Shown here: in pieces, positions 43,800 to 53,500 of the stretch
Numbering within the stretch: position 1 is the stretch's first letter
Layout of the letters: each line of letters opens with the position of its first letter
Origin: a virus
Length of the DNA: 54,057 bases
IMG/VR virus record: IMGVR_UViG_3300048588_000062
Direction: 5' to 3' (one strand)
Notes under the pieces: model-generated
The model's input: the letters and a program-made list of their open reading frames with translations, nothing else
Database searches by the model: none
What the model was told of the DNA's origin: nothing
Position numbers and translations under genes: made by a program

Positions 43800-44093
43800 T
43801 TACGGCGTAACCGTAGGCGGAGTGATCTTGTAGGAGACCATGAGGTCTTTGATCTCCTGGGAATCCTCGGTGAACCCGAGATCCAGGAAGATGTTGACAG
43901 CAGTTGCGAATCCGGCAACGCGCTTGTTCATGTTGTCGATGTCGAGTGAGTCACCGACAGCGTTGAGCACTTGTGGCACAACGGTTGCGTAGGCTTCCTC
44001 GACAGGGTCAGGTGCAGAGGCTTCAGCAGGCGTGAGCTTGCTGATTACCATTGCAGTCATCGCTTGTTCGATGGATGTCTTGAAAGTGGACAT
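43800..44093 (-). CDS. Hypothetical small protein (97 aa), lower GC3, first leftward gene
   Basis: Strong SD (AAGGAGG) 5 nt upstream of ATG 44093. GC3 is only about 55% by eye, unlike the rest of the genome. Confidence 0.6.
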   Translation of the reverse strand: MSTFKTSIEQAMTAMVISKLTPAEASAPDPVEEAYATVVPQVLNAVGDSLDIDNMNKRVAGFATAVNIFLDLGFTEDSQEIKDLMVSYKITPPTVTP

Positions 44094-44120
44094 CAGTCCT
44101 CCTTGGTTGAATTGACATTG

Positions 44121-44156
44121 CAGATAGAGCAGATAGAGCAGGAAGAGCAGATAGAG
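44121..44156. repeat. 9-bp tandem repeat CAGATAGAG x4 (the third copy is CAGGAAGAG)
   Basis: Direct reading. It lies 28-63 nt upstream of the 44093 start codon. Confidence 0.85.
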
Positions 44157-44227
44157 CTAGGTGTGACAGGTGGTATAGTTGGAGAAACTGAATCAACTGA
44201 CACGATCCCCACCCCCTCCAGGTGCAG

Positions 44228-44266
44228 AAATACATATACATATATTCATATATACATATATGTATG
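44228..44266. other. AT-rich alternating purine-pyrimidine tract
   Basis: aaatacatatacatatattcatatatacatatatgtatg lies in an otherwise high-GC genome, in the middle of the divergent region between 44093 (-) and 44568 (+). It contains the palindrome TACATATATGTA. Confidence 0.8.
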
Positions 44267-44418
44267 AGGGGGTATAGGGTTGTGTTATTTGTGTTTGTTG
44301 TTTCTTTCCTACCTCCCACAAGAGTTTCTGGATTTCACCAGTTCCTCCACAGGAATCCCCTGACATACCGGCCAAGCCCCCTCAACTGCCGTGTCACCTG
44401 TGTCGCATCCCGAGTGGC

Positions 44419-44460
44419 CACCCGGTGGTGCCGGGTTCCCTTGGGGGTGACCACCGGGTG
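44419..44460 (+). promoter_or_regulatory. 11-bp-stem hairpin in the leader of the giant gene
   Basis: CACCCGGTGGT (44419-44429) pairs with ACCACCGGGTG (44450-44460), about 110 nt upstream of ATG 44568. Confidence 0.4.
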
Positions 44461-44567
44461 ACGTGTCTGTTGTGGTAGGTGCATGATCGGGTTGGAACAC
44501 CCTAGACTCGCGGGTAGACCCGGTGCCATGACGATGGTGCCGCAACGAGTGAAAGTGCGGTTCCTCA

Positions 44568-47500
44568 ATGGCTGACTTCTCGAAGGGCCCATCGGACTAC
44601 TGGAAGAACCAGGCGAGGAATCCGGCTGCTCCGATGGGGTTGCGGCAGGCGTCGGCGTCCACCGCGCAGGATCTTCAGGAGTGGGACGGTCAGGGTCCGA
44701 AGCCGTGGACCCCGGAGTCGATGCTGGATGTGGCGTCGTCGTGGTACACGGGGGCGAACTCCCAGGGCATGGAGAACGGGTGGAACACCGAGTTCATGCA
44801 GAAGGCGTTCGACCAGATGAACCGGTACTACGCGCTCGCCGCCGAGCAGCAGGACCAGTCGGTGTGGTTCACCCAGTTCGATCCGACGAAGAACCCGACC
44901 GCCACGGGTGTGGTGATGTGGGACGACCCGCAGCGGGGGCTGAACTTTGGTGACGTGTTCGTCGACGGGGTGAAGCAGGAGGGGCAGAACCTGTACCAGG
45001 CGTTCGACAAGCGCACCGCCGACGTGATGATGGCGGAGTTCATGTTGGACGGCCCGGAGAAGACCCGGCTGTTCGAGCAGATCCCGAGGGGCAACCCGGA
45101 CGCGGTGGGCAACCGGGTGCAGGAGTTGCGCACGCAGAACTCGGAGACCGCGGCCACGGCGATCACCAAGGGGGAGTTCAAGGCGCAGACCGACGCCAGG
45201 GAGCTGGAGTACCAGCAGGGCTGGCAGGATCCCGCGCTGATCGCGGGTGGCGCGGCCGGCGGTGCGTTGATGGGTGCCGGGATCGGTTCGTTCGGTGGCC
45301 CGGTCGGAACCCTGATCGGTGGCGCGGTGGGCGGCATCGTCGGCGGTGTGTCGTCGTGGTTGAACCAGGACGAGCTGCGTGACCTGGCCGCCCGGTCGGC
45401 GGTGGTGTCGCAGATGGCGAACGAGAGGTATCAGGGCACGGATCAGGTCGGCGCACTCGGTGTCACGATCAAGGAGTTCTCCGGGTTGGGGATGCGTCTG
45501 ATCTCCCCGATGTCGAACACGGTGCGCGGGATCGAGGATGCCCGGCGCGGTGACGTCGGTGACATGACCGCCGAGTGGTACGAGTTCACACCCGACGGTG
45601 ACCGGCAGCGGTCCAACTGGGTGACCGGGCTGGACCTGGCGGCCAGTGTCGCCGACTCGGCGTTGCAGTTCTCCGGCGGTGCCGGGCGTGCGGCGTACAT
45701 GGGGGTGATGGGTGCCACCACGGCCGGTGGGGTCGCAGGCATGATCCCCGGTGAGGGGTTCAACTACTCGACCGGTGAGTTCGATGCGTACGAGAATGCC
45801 GGCGAGTGGATGGCCGCGGCCGGCAGTGTGGCGATCGACGCGGTGCAGATGGGTGGCGCCGGGGCGTTCGTGCGGGCCGCACGCAACTCCCGGGTCGCCA
45901 ACGGGATGCCGAGCCGGGCCTCGGACGAACTGCTGGGTGTGGTGCCCCCGAACGCCCGTGGCCAGTTGCGGCAGTGGGCCGGGGACAAGGCCGCCGCCAT
46001 CACGAGCGCCACCGGGGATGCGGTGGAGAAGGTGGCGGGCAAACGGACGCGGGAGTTCCTGTCCAGCCGGTTCACCGACGAGGGTGAGGTGATCGCGGGC
46101 CGTAGGTACATCCGGGACGCCGACGGCAACATGATGAAGCCGCGGCTGGCGTTGGAGATGCTGGCCCCCAGCGAGATGCTGCGCGCGATCCCGGTCAGCT
46201 ACCGGGCGCGGACCCGCGCCGCCGATCCGATGAACGTCACCCCGGATGACATGTACAACGCGGCACTCGAGCTCACCCGCTACAACGGGCAGTTCCGCAA
46301 CGCGGTGATCATGGGGTACGCGGAAGGCACCGAGGAGTTGGTGCAGGGGATCCTGGATCCTCTGGCGTACAGCGAGAACATCAACCCCGGTCAGGTGTTG
46401 GAGTCGGCGATGTACGGGTTTGCCGGCGGGTTCGGCATGGGCATGGGGTCGATGAGCCGCACGGCGAACTACCAGCAGCAGGTGGACGCCAGGGCCCGTG
46501 TGAACTGGGCGATCCGCAGCGGCAAGTCGATGCCGAACGATGAGCAGTGGGCGCAGATCAAGGAGGGGATGCGCCCGGTGGACATCGAGAAGCTGGCGAT
46601 GCCGACTCCTGAGGAGGACGAGCAGCTGGCCGGGCTGCGCGAGGTGGCGACCGAGGCGATGCGCCAGTCCGGGTTCACCTCCCCGATTGCGATGGCGGTG
46701 TTCGATTCGCTGCGGGAGGGTGCCTGGGAGAAGTTCCTGGCCGGGAAGAACACGGTCGGCGGGCAGTCCCGCACCCTGTTCGGGTCCAGCGACAACAAGA
46801 CGATCAACGTGGGTGGCGCGGTCGAGGAGTTGGAGATGGCGCCGAACTCCGCGGTGATGTCGTTCGACACCACGATCGACACGCTGGTGCGCAACGCCGA
46901 GGGGCTGCGCACGAAGATGACTGCGGCGATGCAGGGCAAGGCGAAGTACGAGGCGATCCAGCAGAACGCCGCCTCGACCCAGGAGCAGAAGGACGAGGCG
47001 GCCCGGATGGTCGCCAAGTACGACGCGCAGATCCTCGACCTGGGGACCGGGGTGCAGGTCGCCGACATGATGGTGGGCACCCGGGACAACCCGGCGATCC
47101 TGCTGCAGATGTACCAGGACTTCCTCGACGACCCGGATGCGCAGTCGAAGATCCAGCGGATCAAGGACTTCAACGCCAAGGTCAAGTCGATGTACGAGGG
47201 CCAGTGGGAGAACAACGGCCAGCTGCTCCCCGGTGAGATGCAGGACGGCGCGAAGAAACTGGTCGAGACCCTGATGACCCGCCATCCGCTGATCGACACC
47301 GGTTCCTGGGGTGTGTTCGTCCCGATGGTGTCGGTGGAGTTGTCACGGGCCAACGCCCACGGTGCGGTGTTCATGCACCAGGCGACGTTGAAGGCGATGG
47401 GTGCCGACCACGACGGGGACAACGCGGTGCAGGCGCAGGAGCAGTATTTCACCCCGGAGCAGTTGCGGAACCTGCGCCGGGGCGTGCAGTACCTGCAGCA

Positions 47501-50500
47501 GGAGAACGAGCAGTTCACCTACGACCCGAAGAACCCGTCAGCGCCGAAGACGAAGTGGAAGGTGGTGGCCGACCCGCCGGACGCGGAGGCCACGTTCATC
47601 CGGAACTTCTCCGACCCGATGCTGACGACCAAGCAGAAGGACATCGTCACCCAGGGCCTGGTCCGGCTGATGAGTCGGCTGCGTGACCGGTACGCGACCA
47701 ACGGCCCGTTCGACTACTCCACGATGGACAACCTGTTGTCGGACTTCGAGGCGAACGTCCGGGCCGGTAACGTGAACGCTCGGGTGCGTCTGGTCGAGGC
47801 GATGTTCGAGGCGAAGGCCCAGGAGCTGTTCGCCATGTCGGACACCACGAACATCCCGGAGTTCTTGCAGATCTGGTCGATGGTGAACCTCGAGTGGGAT
47901 GCGATCCAGCAGAACTTCGCCTACGACTTCTTCCTCAACCGGGAGCAGATGACGACCACCCCGGATGTTCCGGCCCGGCCGGAGGACGACGCCGCGTTGG
48001 AGACCAGGGCCCGCCGGCAGGCGGTGGTGCATGGGCACGCGCTGGCGATGCTGGGCACCGCGGACCCGGTGCGCGCGGCACAGTACCTGCACTACTCGGC
48101 ACTGCTGAAGTCGGCGGTCAGCCTGTCGCACCTCGACCCGGAGACACTGTCCCGCTCGGATCAGCGTCTCGACGAGTTCACCCGTGCGTACGCCCAGATC
48201 GGAACCGGGGACTCCCGTTCCGACATGGACAAGTTCGTCGGGGTGAACGCGATCGAGAGTCGTGTCATCGCAATGCTGGAAGGGATGCTGGACTCCGCCG
48301 ACCTCGGGAACATGTACCCGGATCAGTCGGCTGATCTGAAGGATCTGCTGCGCACCGGGCGCAAGACCGAACTGATGCTGATGCTGGCGAATGTCCGGGT
48401 GCCCGACATGATCGTCGACGAGTCGAACGACATCACGTTCGGCAACCGGGACGTGACGCTGCTGCAGTTGCTGCTGCGCAAGTCGTTGGAGATCGAGAAG
48501 AACCTGAACCGGGACATGGATCAGGACAAGGATCTGATCCGCAAGATCCGCAAGTTGGAGCGGTTGACCCGCCCGGAGACGGATGGGCACAGCAGCACGG
48601 CGGCGCTGGCCACGATGGAGGTGTTCGGCAACACCCCGCTGGCCACGCTGGTCGGGGATGCGTCGATGTACGTCGGCCCGCAGATGACGTTGGCCCAGTA
48701 CCAGAAGAAACTGCTGGCGATGAGTTCGACGCGGCGGCGCGAGGAGCTGGCGCTGCTCAAGCGGGCGCCGCACTACTTCCTGCACAAGACCGTCGGCGAC
48801 CCGCCGTGGTACTTGGAGCAGTTGTACGCGCAGAACGTGGCCGGCCAGACCCGAGGTGCCGAGGTCAACGCCTTCACCATGCTGGTGGATGCGTTGCAGA
48901 CCGCGACCAGTGTGGAGAACGAGCAGCGTCGGCACCAGTCGAATCGCGACATCGAGGCGTTCGAGTCCGGCCTGTTGAAGTTGAGCGAGGTGTTGGACGC
49001 CTGGAACGCCACGCACGGTGCGGACATCCCCGGATCGGCCGACGGCAGTTCGGATCGGGTGGAGATCCTGCGGCACATGCTGCGGTACGAGCCGCGGGCC
49101 GCGCAGATCATCGCCGAGGTGATCCCGCAGGAGTCACGCCTGGGTGTGATCGAGGAGCGTGACGGCCAGGTCACGATGCAGAACTGGGTGGAGCAGGTGC
49201 TCACCGAGAAGGACGAGAAGAAGGCGGCCGTCCAGTTCTACGTGTACTCGAAGCTGGCCGAGTGGAACGTGCTACAGGGGACGCTGGATGTGACGGCGCT
49301 GCACGAGGAGGTGCGCCGCATCCAGGCCGAGGAGCGCGACGACAAGGGCAACCGGTTGTCCAGGGAGCAGGCCTACGCCCGCATCGACCTGGAACAGTTC
49401 CGGTCCCGTGTCCGGCTGGGCCAGGTGAAGTCCCGGTTCCTGCAGACCTTGTGGCACCTGAACATGATCCCCGACGGTGGCCGGGAGTTGCACCGGTTCC
49501 TGGCCACGATCCTCGACGCCGATGATCTGTCGTCGATGTTCGACAGGATCAACGAGGAGCCGATGTGGTTGCAGGGCCGGGCCAAGCTGTACGCCTTCAA
49601 CGACAGTGTCGAGGCGTTCGAGTTGAACCCGAACGACGTGTGGACCACCGATGCCACCGGTACCGAGTACCGGGAGGCGTTGGGTGAGTTCTCGGAGAGC
49701 ATGAGTTCGCTGGCCGACCGCACCGCCGAGCAGGCCGCGAACGCCGAGCAGAACCTGCGCGCCGTCAAGGCGATGCAGGAGGTGCTGCGCAAGCTCCTCA
49801 ACGGGGAGCCGCTGGGCGACGGCTTCGATCAGCAGGGCGCTCTATTGCTGCAGCAGTTGGAGAAGGCGATCCAGGTGGCCCGGGAGTTCCCGGATGCGAT
49901 CGGCCGGCGGGCCAGGGACCAGGCGATGGCCGCGTTCCAGACCATGTACATCCGGATGCACGACAAGGGCAAGGCCGATCCGCGTATCGCCCCGCTGGGG
50001 GCCGCTGCGATGACCGCGGACACCATCGGGTTCGGCGACCCGTTGCAGTTGGAGATGGGTGCGATCACCAGTTTCAGCTGGTCGGACGTTTCCTCGAACC
50101 TGTCGGCTCTGGCCAAGGGCCCGGTGCGCATCATGCTGGACAACGGCAAGGTGCTGGACATCGACATGTCCACCTTGGAGGGCGCGGTCGAGATGCTGGC
50201 CGACCCGTTGACGCAGCCGTTTGCGATGGCGGTGCTGTTCCCCACGGTGAGGGATGTGAACTCCCAGAACACTGTGTCCACGTACCAGAGCACGATGGCG
50301 CGGTCCAAGCCGGACCCGAACTCCCCGAAGGGGGAGGGCAACCTGGCTCAGATGTTGGCGGAGGTGAACTTCGCCAACCTGTTCAACCCGCCGAACCAGG
50401 AGTCGAGGGTCGATCAGGCGTACCGCTACATCGGGCATGTCGAGGCGTACATCCGTCGGGCGGCGTTGGACACGGCCACCACCGCACCGGACACGGACAT

Positions 50501-53500
50501 CGAACTCGAGGAGCTGGAGTTCGGGTACTATCCGATCCAGAACATGCTCAACTCGTTCCTCGTGGCGTACCAGACGACGGCCGGCCGCGGCCGGACCGAC
50601 GAGCAGAACGAGAAGATCCGCGACGAGCTGGTGGTCGCGGTGGCCGACATGCTGAAGATGTTGAGCACGAAGTCGGACTTCGCCCTGGACACGATCAAGC
50701 AGGAACTGGTGGCCGTATTGCAGGCCAGGTTCTGGCAGGACGACACGATGGTCCAGGTCGTGCTGGACCGTGAAGATCCGCTCAGTGATGCGGTGGCCGA
50801 CTACATGATGAAGGCCATCGAAGGGGTGTTCATCCGTGAGAAGAACGAGGCCACCGCACGGTTCCAGGCCGCACTGAACCAGGGTGTTCCGCAGGCGACC
50901 GCCGTGGCGCAGTACCAGCAGGAACTGGCCGACATCACGACCCGTGAGGACGAGTTCAACTCGTCGGGCTCGTTGCAGACGATGCCGTACCTGGCACGGG
51001 ATTTCAGCACCGTGGGCCAGATGTTCGCCATGACGCACGATCCTGCCGACGCGGTGCGCGACATGCAGGCCAAGGTGCTGCTCGTGTCATTCCTCGGCAA
51101 GCAGGATCGGATCAACAAACTCCAAGGGGTGAAGGCCGCCTTCACCATCGAGGACCATGCTGGTGCGGAGACCGATGAGTCGTTCGCCGCGCTGATCGAC
51201 AAGTTCCGCGAGACCGTGTACGACAAGGACTTCGACATCGCGGACATGGCGAACTCCGACCCGTTGCAGCCGAACGAGTGGAATCAGCTGCGGTTGTGGG
51301 CCACGCAGCAGTTCATCTCGGAACGGGTCGTCGCCTCCTCGGCGGACATGAGCATGGCGGCGATCATCCTCGGCAAGAACGAGGATGAGATCCGCCGGCT
51401 GTACGACACGTCGTGGAGTTATCTGGTCGACACCGCGTTCGACAAGCGAACACTGGCCGCTGCCCGCAGGCTCGCGGAACTGGCGCAGCACCGGGACTCG
51501 ATGGATTCGGCCCGGGTGCGGGACACGATCCTCAACCGGCTGTTCCCGGATCGGCTGCTCGGCACCTGGAACGACCGGGTTCCGATCGAGACGCTGAAGG
51601 CGAAGAAGGTTCTGGACGGCGCGGCCGTCAAGGAGTCCGTGGCCGCCGCCGGTATCGCCCCGAAGGAGATGGATGCGTGGATCGCCGGGGAGCAGACCAC
51701 GTTCCTGAAGCCGACCGCCGAACACTTCACGGAGGCGTCGTTGGTCGTGGCGGACGGTTCCGACATCCAGCAGGTGATGGACGTCCTCAACGATGCGATG
51801 CTCGGGTTGAAGACCCACAACCACTTCGTGCGGGCTGTCGAGCTGATCCCCACCGACACCGCGCTGCCGCCGGAGAACCTGTTCGGGATCGTCACCGAGG
51901 TCGACGACACCAACGACGAGACGGAGAACAGCGGGCTGCAGCTGTTCAAATTGGAGCAGTTGCTCGACCACATGATGCGCCGGGTGGAACAGGGCGAGGA
52001 TTCCTCGCAGACCGCCCCGAGTCTGGTTCAAGGGTTCACTCTGCGCATCGAGTACGTCGATGTGGACAAGCAGCCGGACGGTAGGGACTGGGCGAACAAC
52101 CGCTTCTTCGAGGGCCGGGGCCGCAACGCCACGGGCCGTAACGACCTCGGCCCGATCACCGCGCTGTACTTCGGCACCGGAGGCCTGTCGAAACTGTGGC
52201 AGCAGTCCCCGCTGGACTCGCTGACCAAGAAGGGCCAGGCGTTCCGGGCGTTCCTGCAGACCGCACTGGATCATGTGCGCAACTCGATGGAGAACAAGAC
52301 CACGGTCACCGAGGTGATGCAGGAGAAGACGCTGCACCTGATGGGCCGGCGCTTCGGTGGCGTGATGTTGCAGTGGGACGACATGCCGGCGATCTACAAG
52401 TACGTGAAGTCCCGGCATGTCATGGTCGGCCGCAACCGCAACACCGGCAAGAAGGAGGTGTGGCGGGTCGAGAAGTACATGGAGATGGAGGCCCGTGCCG
52501 CCACCGACCCCAACTTCGTGTTCGAGTTGGAAGCCCTTGACGGCAGCGGCGGCCCCGCGGAACTGGTGGCCCTGTCGCACAAGGTGGCGCAGACGTTGAA
52601 GGGCCGCCCCGGTGTCGGTGGTGTGGCGCAGGATACGCAGTATCCGTACACGAACGTCTCGGACGCCGACCCGTTCCCGTCGTACGACATGGGCCGGTTG
52701 GAGCAGCTGGGCCTCGCCGAGATCGGGGAGAAGGCGAAGGCGAAGGAGTCCCCGGCCGGACGGCACGGGTTGCTGACCAAGGCGTACGGGAAGGGCGGGC
52801 CGACCCGCAAGGGCGTGCGCTCCCTGTACCAGGCACGGATCGACAGGCTGATCACCGAGGAGCGCCTGCCCCAGCTCGAGGTGCGCAGCAACTACCGCAG
52901 TCAGGACCAGGGCAAGCTGGACATCGCGGAGACGCACAAGTGGGGGATGAAGGTCGTCGGCGAGATGCTGCGGCTGGAGGCTCTGGGTGAACGGCTGAAC
53001 AAGTTGGGCATCCCGAACATGCTGATGAAGGATTTGATGCAGCTCGAATCCTCGGAGCGGCTGTACCACCGGCTGTTCAAAGACCTCGACCCCAACTCGA
53101 TGGTGTGGCAGCACAAGCAGGACGAGACCAGCGGTGACCCGACACGCGGCCTGATCAGCCCGGTGGAGGTGCGGGAAGGATTCCCGAACACGATCCAGCC
53201 GGTGATCGGCGACATCGTGGTGCTGGACCTGACCTCGTTCATGAACAACACCGGGCAGAACGAGCAGGAGGCCATCGACCAGGCGAAGCAGGTCATCGAC
53301 GTCTACGTACGCAAGGGGGTGTCCATCGTCCTCGGTGGCACGACCAGCGTGAACGGTGTGCGCCAGGCGCTCGTCGAGCATCTGACGTTCGGCACGATGG
53401 GCTACAAGCGCAAGGGCATGTCCGGGCACATCTTCGAGCCGATCAGTGACGACTGGGATGTGGACCTCACCGAGCAGGCACTGGACTCCACACTGTCCGA

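Noticed and set aside
44112-44117. A perfect TTGACA hexamer on the plus strand as a -35 box for the giant gene
   Set aside because: No acceptable -10 (TANNNT) lies 16-19 nt downstream; the sequence there is the CAGATAGAG repeat. A single hexamer is not evidence.
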